A stretch of 64,000 nt of DNA from Monocercomonoides exilis PA203 (lineage: Eukaryota; Protista; Preaxostyla), in contig LSRY02000018.1 in NCBI GenBank assembly GCA_001643675.2, positions 310,001-374,000 on the forward strand, in the 5' to 3' direction. Shown piece after piece: positions 24,936 to 38,014 of the stretch. How positions within the stretch are numbered: position 1 is the first letter of the stretch; each line of letters begins with the position of its first letter. Position numbers and translations under genes: made by a program. Under the pieces are notes generated by a model that saw only the letters and a program-made list of their open reading frames with translations, was not told where the DNA came from and did not search any database.

Positions 24936-26417
24936 TCTGTCTGTCACTCTTTCTCTGCTCAAGGCTGTGGTTCATTTACAGCTTCTTCGGTTATATCGCT
25001 TCCTTTCAGATTGTATTCGATCGCATTATTTTCTCACTTCTCTTCATTTTGGATCTCTGGAAATTGCTTGATTTTCATTGGTTTCGTTCTTTCTTCTTGC
25101 TCTTCTTTTTATCCTTCTTTTTCACTCTTTTCTCCTTCATTTTCTCCTTCCTCTTCCTCTCTCTCCTTCATCTCTTTCTTCCTCATTCGCAATAGCTTCC
25201 TTTTCTTCTTTCAATTATTCCTTTCTTTCCTTTCTTTCCCTCATCTTCTTTGCTTTCTTATCCTTCCTCATCTCCATCATATCTTCCACAATCAGTTGAG
25301 CTGTTACTATAACACTCACAACGGCACTTTTTTTCTGCTTTCTCTTATACCGTCTTCTTCTTTGCATATTCCACTTTCTCCTCTTCACTCATCTACTTAA
25401 ACATTTCCATTTCATTCCAACTTCTCATCGTCTCTTCGATTTCTTTGTTCATCTGCTTCGATTCTTCATCTCTCAATACCATCAGCCGTTTCTATTCTCT
25501 CCTCTTCACCTCCATCTTCTCTTTCTTCTCTTTCTTGCTCCTTCATTTTCTTATTCGCCTTCTTCTTCACCTTCTTTTTCACCTTCTTATTCACCTTCTT
25601 CTTCTTCTTTTCCCTCTCTCGCTCTCAGCAGCTGCCGGCAAAGCGATATTCAGGATGGCGAGAGAACGAGCAGCTGACTGTGGATGCGATCCGGAAGAAG
25701 ATGGACTCAGAGAAGAGGAAGATGCGGATGAAGGAGAAACCGCCCAGCCCAATTGAAGAAGAGGAAGATGTGAATACAAGCCAAAAGACTCCTGGAAACG
25801 ATGGAGAGATTTCTGAGTGGGTTGAGGCGTCGGTTCCAACAGCAAGGAAGAAGTAGGCTGTGATGCTGCTGCGTGGATCGAACAAGAACAATCCAGTGAA
25901 AGCAGAGGTGGCGAAGAATGAGGAAGGATCGGTGAATGCAAAAACACGAGGAGCAACTGGAGGTTTAACTTCAGCAGCATCAAGTGCTTCTACAACTTCA
26001 TCATCATCATTTTCTTTTTCTTCATCTTCATTTTCATCAACAGCTACAGCTTCTTCATCAAATCCTATTTTGGAGCAGATTCCTCAGTCTTCGTCGCCTT
26101 CTCCCCCATGCAAGCACCATGCTCCTTCAGACGTTAATTTGTCTACTGTTCAGCTGACATCTTCGTCGTCTGCAAATCATTCACTTCACAATTGAAAAAC
26201 AACTGGAGCATCACATCCTGTCAAAAACGATGCTTCCTCTGCTAATTCTTCCACCTCTTATTCATCATCATCTTCTTCTTCTTTCTCCTCCTCTCCTTCT
26301 CCTTTTTCTTTTTCTTCTTCTTCTTCTCCTCCTTCTCTTTAAACTTTCCTTAGCACCAGTTTATCTTTGATTATACAACTTTTTTTCCTTTCAAAAATAA
26401 GGAACATCTACCATCAT
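23700..26417 (-). pseudogene. Decayed Glu/Lys-rich gene lying between the hAT TIRs
   Basis: Minus-strand ORF fragments (25625..25891, 24405..24593, 23881..24114) with charged/coiled-coil composition and many stops; same orientation as, and downstream of, the transposase. Confidence 0.5.
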
Positions 26418-26736
26418 TGTTAAGTTTTGTTTAGAAATTTATCAAAAAGATGATCTCTAAAGTTAAAATTGAAATTTAGTCGATATTTTTTCACGTGAAT
26501 AATACCGAGAAATTCTCATTTAATTATGCAACAAGTTGGTCCATGTGAATGTTTTGAATACTTTGTATTTAAAAATGCAATAAATATCATTTCAAGCAAG
26601 CTTGTTTTCTCACAAGAATTATTAGAACGATATTTTTTAATAAAAATACATTTTAGAATCAGAACCTTTCAAGGAAAAACCATAAAATCAAAAGAGAAGT
26701 TAAAAAACCAACTTCAACAATAAATATAATTGTGCT

Positions 26737-29340
26737 CTAAAGCAACAATAATGAATTGAGAGTGTTTAAAGATAATGAACGCCTTCTGTCTCCTATGATT
26801 CTTCTTAATCGTGAAAATAATCTTTCACATGAAGCTTCACTGCATGGGGCAACAACCAGATTGTAACAAACTGAAGCGAAAACTGTATAAATACCTCCAT
26901 ACGAAGCAATATGACTGAATAGAACAAAAGGCGAAGAATCGACATACACTTTTGGTGGGGACAATAATAATTCTTTAAAAAGTGCTTAACAACCTTCACG
27001 AATTTCTTGTTTATGATGATATAATGTTTTTTCTACGTACTTTTCGAATGCACTAAATAATCTTGGATACCATGTCTCCTGCAGAGACATTGATATTTCT
27101 TCGATGGCTTGAAGATCCTGAACTGCAGAAATATTCTCAACAAGCTTCAGTTTTTTGTTTGATCCAACATAAAAGACTTCAGCACATTCTTCTTCCACTG
27201 AATCTGTAATTGTTGTATTTTCTTGATCGTTTGTTGAACGATCTTCCATAAAACATGAATTTAAAGAAGATCTTGTGTTGTACTTGGTATCATCGCTCAT
27301 GTTTTCATTTATTGGATGAATTCCTTTAATTAAGAAGTCGTCGTAATCATCATCAACCATCGAAGAAAAATCACTATCATCAGAATCATCATATAATACT
27401 TCCGATTTGCGCTCTTCTTTATTTTCCAAATGTTTCTCCAGCGCATTCAAGAGAAATAGAAGTTTTCTATTTCCAAGATCAAGATTTTCAGATTGGACTG
27501 AGAGTGAATCATTAAGAGATTTTTCTTTTGAAGTAATTGAAATAATGTTTGAGCTATTTAACGTGCTGCTTTGTTCTAACATTTTGGAACATTGGGATCT
27601 AAAGAAACCAAGTGAAAGTGATTCAGATGATGAAATGCTTGTTTGCGAACATTCGGAGGATATTGTTTCAGTGCAAAAGACGGCAACCGACGATGAACAA
27701 GATTTTAAATTTGATTGTGGGTCATGATAAAGTAATTCGTGTTTTTGCGTCACAAGATTCAACGAATCATTATGATCCGTGAAAGAAGCCAGTAATTCAT
27801 CGCTATGTGTGGGACTTGATTGCTTTAAACTTGATGAAGAAGGCTTTTGATTGCTGTATGTTACTTTTTTTCCTCTTAATTTGTCATCAATCATATTTGC
27901 TTCTGTGATTTCATTGACAATGCTTCCTTTTGCGAGCATTTCACAAAATTGATCCTTTCTAAGCAAATGACCACCAATTGGAGTAAGAGAAAATGCTAAT
28001 GCAATGAAACCAACTCTCTCTTCACTCAAAGTTTAATTATATAACATGATCATAACATTGGTTACTGCATTGTGCCATTCTGGTTCTTGAAAATCGTCTT
28101 GACCTTGAATCCACATGTATTGACCCATTGCCATCAACAAGAAAGGAAATACATCTCCAAATTTTGTTGAATTTTTCTCAAACACGCTATGGAGAATTTG
28201 AAGAGGAAGTAATAATATTTCTGCCTTTATTGCTTTTGTTATTTCTCTTTGATCTAATAAACCAATTTCTCTTATCGCTCTTTCATTTTTCCTAATGAAA
28301 GAACAAATATCATACAAACTTGACTATCTCGTTGAGCAAAAAGCAGGACACTTTTTTTTCAGTTGCTTAGATGTCTTTTGAGTGTGTGTTTCTTTAGCGA
28401 ATGTTATAACAATCCTTTTAATATCCTCCAGACATGTAATCTTTTCAAATGAATGCATTTGAACTAAGTTAATTAGATGGTTCATGCAATAAATACAGAA
28501 TGGAGTGCTAAGACTTGATTTTCCAATAGGTATTCCTTCGTTTATTGGTTGAATTCTTTCTAGAACTGATCTTTGTGCGATAAGCCCATCTGAACAAAAG
28601 CATCGAACTTCCCCTCCGAGATGTGATATTTCTTCCATGCATTCTTTTGCCAGTTTCTCGTAATCTTGTGAAGATGAACAGCCTTGCTTCAAGCTCCAAA
28701 AATACGGGATTCAATCAACAGATAAATCAACAACAGTGTATTTGTTTGTTGCCACAGTTCCGCTGTCCATCATCATCGCAAGGCATTTATTATTGACGAA
28801 TGAATGGCGTTCTGAAATCTTTTTTATTTTTGATTCCATTAAGTGTTTCATAATTTTTCTTGTTGTTAACGTTGGAAATATTGATTCTGGAGGAAGTGTT
28901 GGATTTCTTTGTGAAGTTACAATTAATGACCTGATAAACTTGTTGAATTCTGTTGAGGCAGCGGAAATAAAAGATAGATTGCATTTTGTGATTGTGTCCA
29001 AAAAAAGATCCACAAGATGCGAATTTGTTGATTGATAAGCGAAATATGGTGTCAGATATATGTCTGGACTCGTTTTCTCCTTACTTTTGAAAAAAGACTT
29101 TGACAAAGAAGGTAACAAGAAAAGACATTTGTGTTTCAATATAGCAGGGGATCTTCCGTAAGCTCCACACGCTTGCCCGTTTCTGCTGCAAATACACAAA
29201 AACAATTTGTGAGGATCCTTCAGTGTGACTCCATCAGCAAATACACTGTTGTATTTAATCCACAAAGTTTCATTGTGAATTTCGAAGGATAGTCTTGTGA
29301 TTAATACTCCACCTTTCTTCGGATGCTTGTAACCTTCATT
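26737..29340 (-). pseudogene. hAT transposase (BED-like Cys/His N-terminus, DDE core, C-terminal dimerisation domain)
   Basis: Five ORF pieces lie in one frame: CIC..C..H.C, MMMDSGT (D1), CSDG (D2), CMNH (CxxH), STR* (the RW motif with W as TAG) and PCSEASCERLFS (E, hATC domain). Stops at 28711, 28324, 28033 and 26986. Confidence 0.9.
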
Positions 29341-29877
29341 TCAATGAATGAACAAAGAATTCAAATGAAAATGAAAAGTCAAAGATTAATCGCAAACAAT
29401 CCAGATTGTCTTTCATGATCACTTGTTGCAAAGAAACGAATGAACTACCAACACTATTAAGTTCCTTTTGTTTCAAATCGAACACTTTTTTTTGTAAAGA
29501 AAAGTATTATAATTATGTTAGTTATAATAAATACGTTGATCACAAACAATTTCCATATCCTACAAAGATTTTTGTAAGCCAATTGGAAAAGAATTTATAA
29601 GATCAACAAGACTAGTGTCCATTTCAATGAATTTACAAAATATTTAGCGATCCTATCAAATATTTTTGAAAGCATTATGGTTTTCGAAATATTTTTGTGA
29701 ACAATTGATAAAGAATTTGCTATTTTGAATTCAAATTATAAAACAAACTGATAATGAGGGTTTATTATTATTATTATTATAAAAAAAACAATATTTTGGG
29801 AATAATGATCTGTTATTGACTGACATCGTTCCTGTGATTTGTCATGTCACATAGGCTTAGTTTATCTATTTTGAATA

Positions 29878-31931
29878 GGGTTAGTTCTTTATCGGGATCC
29901 TTTTTTTATCGGGACCTTTTTTTAATATGAAAAAAAATTTAATAAAAATTAAAAAAACACAAATGACGAATCCAATTTGTGAACAACTTTTCTTTTTCAT
30001 TTTTTTTCTTTCAGTCACATTGATTTCTTCCTTTTCATTTTCATGATCATCTTCTTTCACTTCAAATTTTCTCTTTATTTTTTTCATTTCAACGAAAGAC
30101 CTTAACTCATTTACTTCTTTTTGCTCTTCTTTTTTCATTTCTTCAAAAGAATTCTTTTCATCATCAACTTTTTCTTCTTCTTCAATTCCCAAATGTTCAC
30201 TCCTATCATTCAGAATCTTCTCATCAGAATTAACTTGCCATAGAAGTCGAATCTATTTGAATGTGATGAAGGTTGATACTCTGATGTTTCTGGAAGCTTC
30301 ATAAGAATCGGTCCAGACTCGTTATGAAGAACTCCACTTGTTGCAAAGGCTTTTTTTATGTCAGCAGGTGAGAGGGTGGAATGAATTGCTTGAGGGAGAA
30401 CATCCACAAGAGCTATTTTTTTCGATGAAGATGTAGATGAAGATGGAGGTTCATATTTTGTTTGCAGTTCTGTTTTGAGAACAGCGAAGACTCCTCTGTC
30501 AAGAGGCTGTGCGATATGTGTGCTGTGAGGAATGAAGGTGACGATGTCGATATTTTCTTTTTGAAATTCTCTCCAGATTGCCGGATCTGCTCGAGAAATG
30601 TGTGAGTCTATGAGAAGCAAGCAGCGAGAGTTTTCCAGTGACAGGCACTTTCTGCGATCGATAATTAATTGAAGGAGTGTTGTAAGTGCGTACTTTCTGA
30701 ATTAATTGCAGCACATCCAACCACTTCCGTTCTTTCAGATATCCAGAGTCTGTGACAACAGCGGCTTCATTTCATCAGGAAGACTTTTGCTGGGCCATAG
30801 AATCACAGAAGGAAGTGCAAATCCATCAGCAGCCTCAGCAGCAACCAGAGTGGAATTAGCCATTTTTGGTGGTTCTTTTCGAAATCCTGGATTTTCATTT
30901 TTAGGATGAACCACGCTCAGCTTTGAATTGGTTGGAATTCTCAGTGATAACTTATCCATGTTGAATATTAGTTCTTTGCAGTATTCATTTTTTTCGTTCA
31001 AACCGTCCAGTAATGAATACCAGGGCTGCAGAACACTTTGGCACGACACCGCAAGGCGATTAACATCAACATTTTTCTGCGAACTTCTCTTCAGCTCGGG
31101 ATGGCGCTTCACAAATTGGTAAGAGGTTCCAATTGAAACGTTTATGAATAAGGTGTCTTCGTCTTCTGTATCATGAATCACATTTTCCATCAAGTATATT
31201 TATTAGAATTATTAGTTATTAAAGAACAACAAACCAGTTTGCGAACTTTCCGTATAGGCAAACAGCTTCCAGATCTTGATTCAATGATAATTTCATCCAG
31301 CACAATTTGTTCTTTGTCTCCAATAACAAATTGCGGTCTTCCAACTTTTGAAACCAGCCTTTTGCTTCTCAGCGCCCGAACAGCATTTTTAATTCTTTTG
31401 CGTGAGAATTCCATGGAGTTTATTGCGTTTGTGATCCTGACAACTCCATCAACAACAATGCGCGATATCCGTTCCAGCCGATTATCTATCCTTCTGTAAT
31501 CGAAAGATTTCATTGCAGCGCGTAATTTTATTTGTCCAGCAATTCTCTTTTGTTCCACAGCAATTTTCATTTTTTTATTATGGTTATGTTCTTAAGTCCA
31601 ATTTATTAATTTATTAATTATAATTTTCAATTTTCATTGAAATTAAATTTTTATTTACATTTAAAACGAATTTAAATGGTTTTACACCACTTGTTACCCA
31701 CCTATTTAATTATTTTTTTCGATGGAAGGGATTAATTCCCCCCCCCCCCCCCCCCCCCCATCTCCCTCCCCATTGGAAACAGGCTTAGTATTCAAATGGA
31801 ATTATCCTAATTTTCAGGGTTTTTTTTATACTAATTATGTTAATAAATATTTTAAAAGTGGGTATTTTAATTTTCTATTTAAAAATTAGTGCACCGTTAA
31901 ATAAAAAAAGGTCCCGATAAATAACTGACCC
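29878..31931 (-). mobile_element. pogo/Fot-like (Tc1/mariner superfamily) transposon
   Basis: TIR GGGTTAGTTCTTTATCGGGATCCTTTTTTT matches the reverse complement of 31903-31931, GGGTCAGTTATTTATCGGGACCTTTTTTT; a DDE_1 transposase lies inside. TSD not resolved. Confidence 0.85.
30210..31570 (-). pseudogene. DD35D pogo-like transposase (CENP-B/Tc5 HTH plus DDE_1)
   Basis: Motifs GRP...E, FVKRHPEL, IFNMD, SGWM and LLIDSH-...-QPLDRGVF (35 residues between D2 and D3). In-frame stops near 30735 and 30703; probable intron at 31191-31234. Confidence 0.88.
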
Positions 31932-34900
31932 TTAATAAAAATACCACACTTTGATCAAATTTCTGTTCGCATTCAAGAAACTTAAATGGAATGTGTCTGA
32001 AAGCATTATAAGGATGCAATTTTCCATTTTGGTGAAGTTTCGTGAGTGGAAGAAGAAATTAATAAGAAAATATGTCTTATTTAAAAAATTTTGAAAATAA
32101 AACAAATGAATTCTTTAAAAATGAATTCCATATCGACAAATATAGGGAATAATAGTGTAGAAAATTTCAAGTTTGAAAACAATGTTCCAGGTTTCAATCA
32201 TATGTAAAATTATTAAAATCGAATTATTCAGTTCCATAATTCTTTTCATATCTTGTTTTTTATTGTACATTGAAATGAGATAACTAAAAAAAAGACAAGT
32301 TTTTCTTTCTTTCAATCAAAAAAGTATTTCGTTGAAACTGAAAGGCGTTTATTAATCAGAATAAATTTTTTTGAATAATCTAAAACTTTTAAGTGATCAA
32401 ACCTTAATAAGAATAAAAATTTCTAAAACAATCTCCCTTTCCATTTGTTTTTGTGGTCACACGAGATCAAAATGAGAAAAGAACAGCGAAATAATTTCAT
32501 GTTCTGAAAAATTGATAGTTAACAATTGCAATTATATTCAAAATGATTCTGTCCAGTTCTGATTGCGTATTGTTGATCGATGATTATCTCAATACTTTCT
32601 TCCATCACACATGAATTGCAATCGAAAACAGTTTTTGTTCATTTCATCATTGATAAAATAAATTGAAAGAATATGAAGTGATCTCCTCCAACTCCCCCAC
32701 CCCAACAGAAATTCATTCTCTTATACTCATGCACAATTTCACAAAGTGGTTGTTTCTTTTTCTTCCATTTTTTTCCCCTTTCCTTTTTCCAGTGCAAGTG
32801 GAGAAAAATGCGGACTTTCAAACTATTTTTTGAACTAATCATTTTTATTTTGTCACGCTCATAATATTTTTGAATTAGCTCAGATTATTTAATGAATCAG
32901 ATTTTCTCATCTGTTAACAAACACCATTGATATCATATCGAAATGTTATGTAACTTCACATGAATTTCAAAATATGAGCCTTGTTTTTTCACTTTATTCA
33001 ATCGCAATAAGTTTATCAAAAGTACAAAATTTATCGATGAAAATGCCTGAAACAAAATATTTTGCCCCAAATATTTAATTAATTATTAATTTTGCTGTGA
33101 TAAAGCATCTTTTTACGATAATTATCATTTAATTTTACTGGTTTTTCAATAAATCAATTTCTTTGAAAATGAATTAAATTAACATTATCTGATATAATGA
33201 TGAATAATTCATAAATATGGAATAGGGCATTTTCTAAACTTCATGAAACACTCATTTCTCTTAATATTTGCACTATTCTATTTTATTTTCTATGCTTTTG
33301 ATTACAATAAAAGTCAAAAATATTGTGCAAATCTTTTTTCAACTTTTTTAAAGAGAATTGAAAATAACAATCAAGAGGTGTAAATACAAAACGAACAAAG
33401 TGAATAACATCGTTTCTGAACAAAAAATAGATATAATTCATGTTAAAGTTATACAACAAAAATATTGTTCTATTGTAGCAGCAAAAAGAACAATTTTAAA
33501 TTAATTGTCAACAAAAACAAGTTCTCATTCTTTCATCAGATAAAATAAGCATTTCTTTCAAAGGTAATAACAAAAAGAGTTAACACAATAATAACATTAT
33601 CGCAACTGAATTCAACTTAACAAAAAAAGCTTCTTTGCGCAATGAAAATGATCCACATGAGAACTTCATTTCCCTTCAAAATAAAAATATAACACAAAAC
33701 GGAATAATTAATGTTTGCGAAGATAACACCGAGTGAGTAAACTCCACAAAACAACAACAGAAATCATCAATATTAAAAAAACACTGGCAGGATCAGCCTT
33801 GTGAAGTCGCGCAAAAAGTTAAATCAAAAGATTTCCACTGAAAAGTGTTGTTTGAATTTAAATAAACCAAAAGAATGACATCGCTTAAAAACATATATCA
33901 AACAAATGATTCTTGAATTATTGTCAACAAACGAAAAACAGTTTTAAAATATCTATATAAGGAAGAATGAAGAAAATTGTTACGAAGAATGAAAAGTCTA
34001 TTGAAAAAAAAAAAAAAACAGCAGCAACATTCGAATATTCAAAGCAAATTGATGTTAGAAAAGATAAAACAAATTTTCTTTGCAAATGAATTGACGCTTC
34101 AGTAAATGGAAATATGGAGTATTTAACTAAAAATTGTTAATAAGTGAAAACATTGAAAACATTGAAATCTAAGCTGAACCAATGAAACTGCAGAAAGCAT
34201 TTTTTTAAACTCGAAAATTGAACATTCGAATCCGAAATATAAACAGCATTCAGCAATCTCAAAGCGATCCTAATAGAATGAAGATAAATGAAGTTAATTA
34301 GCAAACATACAAACATCATAAAAACAAAAAAGGTAATTGAAGACAAATAAAACATTTCAATATTTATAAATTCTATATAATTTGGATCATATCAAAACAG
34401 AAAGATATCGAAAAAATAATGTTCCACTCGTAAAATTATTTGCATCACTAAGCACAGCTAGTGAAACACGAGAAGAAAGAAGAAGCTCTTAACCACTTGA
34501 ACCAATTGCAATTGAAACCTAGCAACAATAGAAAGCAAATATTACAGCCATAGAAGCGCCATCCATCAATAATGTCCATTCACGCAATCATAATCTGATA
34601 ACATTAGAAAAGTGCACAATAAAAAGACACTGTTTCAATGCTTTGCACACGAAAAGAACAAAAAAAGGAGGAAACGAACGATTCAAAATTACAAACACAA
34701 CAAGAATGTATCAGCAAAAAAAGAAGATTTACTGATAAGCGAATGATAAAGAAAGATAAAATCTTTCGCACTGTCATACATTTTTATCCAGAATGATAAC
34801 ACGTTTAAACAAGTTGTAATTACAAACAAGCAAATCTCAACAATACAACTTTTTCAATCCAGCAAGAGTATTCACAACTGCACAATCAATGGGAGCATGC

Positions 34901-36193
34901 AAGTGGTTATCTGCAATGCACGTAAGAGATGCTCGTATCAATAGAAATGAGAAAAAATCAAAATCGAATTCAAAAATTTGATAAAGCCAAATGGCAAAAC
35001 TTAACACGAAAACGAAAAAAGTTACATGAAAATAACAACCAAAACTATCAAAGTTGATTAAAACGGAAAAGGAACAACAATTTAGCTAAGCAGCAGTTTC
35101 AATTCATTGTCAACAAAAAATTGTACGACTTCACAATAATTCCGAGTTAAACAATGCAAAAGAAAGTCCACTTCGACTAAAAAAAAAAAGAACAGAAAGA
35201 TGTTCAATTAGAATAGCTCGACCAACAAACATTAAAAAATCAATGAAAAAAAAAAAATATTTGAAAGTAATAAAAATAATTCCACTTTGCAAATTGAATG
35301 CAAGTTTTGTAAAAATATAGCAAAAGAAGAGGGAGAAAAGTTATGCTGATTTATGCTAATTATCGTAATTATAATTCAGGTTAACCAAAAATGTTATAAC
35401 ATGATTCATGTTGCTTTAATCAACAACGGAAAGCAACATGCACACAAATAACATAACACATAACATAACACATAATAATAATAACAATAACAATAACAAT
35501 AATAATATCCATAGTTATATAAAACTGAGATTAATATACATAGAAAGTTGAATATCAAGCTAATAAAATGTTTCAATCCATCTGAAAATCACTTAAACTT
35601 GAAATAAAATAGCAGAAAGCATCTTGCAAACAGAAAGTAATGCAGCTACCAAAAAAACTAAAAAACGAAACAAGCATAACTGAAAGATTATCAACAAGAA
35701 TGTTTCAACTTCTTGTTTATTCCTCCATATTTCCATTCAAAATTAATCAGATTTTTTATTTCGCTTCTGAGCAGCGGCTTTTCAATTGCCACTTAAAAAT
35801 AAAAGGAAAAAGATTGCAAACAGAGATACATGCAAAATAAAAAATTTGAATCTGAAAGATTATTTGGAGAAGGAAGGAAGAAAGGAAGAAAGGAAGAAAG
35901 GAAGGAAGGAAGAGGAGGAGAAGCAGGAGTAAGATTTAAGCAATGAATGTCAGTTTGTGGATAAAACATTTCACTGTGTGAACAAGATGATGAAGAAGTC
36001 TGAAAGGAAGTAGGAAAATAAGAAATGGCAGAGTAAACAGAAGAATTAGTGACTGGTTAAAAAGATGCAGAAGAAGAAGAAGAAGAAGCACAAGAAAAAC
36101 AGAAGAAGAAGAAGAAGATGATGATGAATGCGGAATATTTAAAGCAGATGGAAATGCATTTGTCTGTTGAAATTGAGTCTAATGTTGATTTTT

Positions 36194-37975
36194 CTATTGA
36201 TTTTGTTGATTTTGTTGATGTTGTTGAATATTCTGTAATAATTCTGTAGATGTCTGCATGTGAAGGAGGAGAGGAGGAGTAAGGATGCGAGATTGAGATT
36301 GAGATTGAGATTGAGATTGAGATTGAGATTGAGATTGAGATTGAGATTGAGATTGAGATTGAGATTGAGATTGAGATTGAGAAAGAGAAGAAAGAGAAGA
36401 AAGAGAAGAAGAAAGAGAATGTGGATAAGAATTAGAATAAGCCTGCTGTTGTGACAGAAAATGTTGTTGTGTCTGATATTGAGATGGTATTTGTGGTTGA
36501 TGTCGAGAAAGAGAAAGAGAATGAGGTTGAAGCTGAAGTTGAAGTTGATGCTGATGTTGATTTTGGAGTTGCATTTGTGATTTTGGATGAAATTGGGATT
36601 GAAATTGAGATTGAGAAGGACATTGAGACAAAGATCGAGATCGAGTTATCACACCAACAGAAGGAGAGTGTGAGGCAGAAGGTACAAAATAACTGGGCTG
36701 AAAGGGAGAGTCATTAACAGCAGGAGAAGAAGAGGAGGAGGAGGAAGAAGGAGAAGAAGATGAGGAAGAAGAGGAAGAAGATGAGGAAGAGGAAGAGGAA
36801 GGAAAGGATGAAGAGGATGAAGAGGAGGAAGAAGAAAAGGAAAAAGAAGAAGAAGAAGAAGCAGTCAGAGAAGGAGAAGGAGAAGAGACAGATAAAGAGG
36901 AAGCAGAAAGCGAAGGAGAAGAAACAGAAGAAGACAAAGAAGAGGAACGAGAAGAAGTTGAAGAAGAAGAAGAAGAAGAAGAAGGTGAGGATGATGATAA
37001 AGATTGCTGTTGAGGTACATAAGAGAATGGATGAGAAGTTGGAAGAGGAAAGAAAGGCGATGGTGAAGAAGCAGATGATGAAGAAAAAGAATTAGAAGAA
37101 TAAGAAGACAATGAAGATGAAACAGAAGAAGGAGAACGAGAAGAAGAAAAAGCAGAAGAAAAAAGAGAAACCAGAGGAATATCATGAGGGGCAAAAGAGT
37201 TGGAGTGATGGAGATGGAGATGACGACGTTTGCGATGAGAAAGATGAGAAAGATGAGAAGAATTGGAAGAAGAAAGGAAGAAATCAGTTGTGGTGTTGTT
37301 GGGGTATTTGTTTGAGGAAGAAAGATGAGAATAAAAGGAATCAGAAGAAGAAGAAGAAGAAGAAGAAGAAGAAGAAGATAGAGAAGAAGATAATAACGAA
37401 GATGAAATCCCCGAAATTCCTTGAAATTCTCCATGTTCCTTCTGCTTGTTTGCATCATCATCCATCCTATTTGAAGCATAATTGAAATTCTGCTTGTCTG
37501 GAGAAGGAAGAAGAGGAGTTTCTTCTCTTTGAAAAGAGCGATGGGGAAAGGAAGAGAAATTGGAGTTGAGGCTGTCAGAAGAAGAAGAGGAGGAGGAGGA
37601 AGAAGAGGAAGAAGAGGAAGGAGAAAATGATGAAGAGGAAGAAGAAGGAGGAGGAGGAGGAGAGGAAAGAACTAAGGTCGAAAAATGAGGAGAAGAAGCA
37701 GTTGATGAAGAAGGTGATATTGATGATGGTGAAACAATATTGCTTGAAGAAGGAAGAGAAGAATGAGAAGAATGAGGAGAAGGAGAAGAAGAAAAAGGAA
37801 GAGAAGGAAAAGAAGAAGAAGAAGAAGGAAATGCCAAATATCTGAATTGTGGAGCAAGAGAATTAAAAGCATTCGAATGATTCAATGAATTTTGATTGGA
37901 TGAAGGAAGCTGAGGCAAAGATAGAGGAAGATATTTGTGGGGAAATGAAGAAAAAGAGGAAGAAGAAGAGGAAGA

Positions 37976-38014
<39 letters not shown>

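Larger units (their letters stand above)
22725..29859 (-). mobile_element. Probable hAT-superfamily DNA transposon, about 7.1 kb
   Basis: TIR TAATCCTGTGTGACATGACA (22725-22744) matches the reverse complement of 29840-29859, TAAGCCTATGTGACATGACA, at 18/20. About 14 TGTCA/TGACA subterminal motifs lie in 22725-23130, and a hAT transposase lies inside. No clean 8-bp TSD. Confidence 0.65.

Noticed and set aside
31924-31935. ACTGACCCTTAA shared by the pogo end and the DIRS terminal repeat (2656, 7172)
   Set aside because: Only 12 bp, partly flank sequence; such matches are expected by chance in 64 kb.
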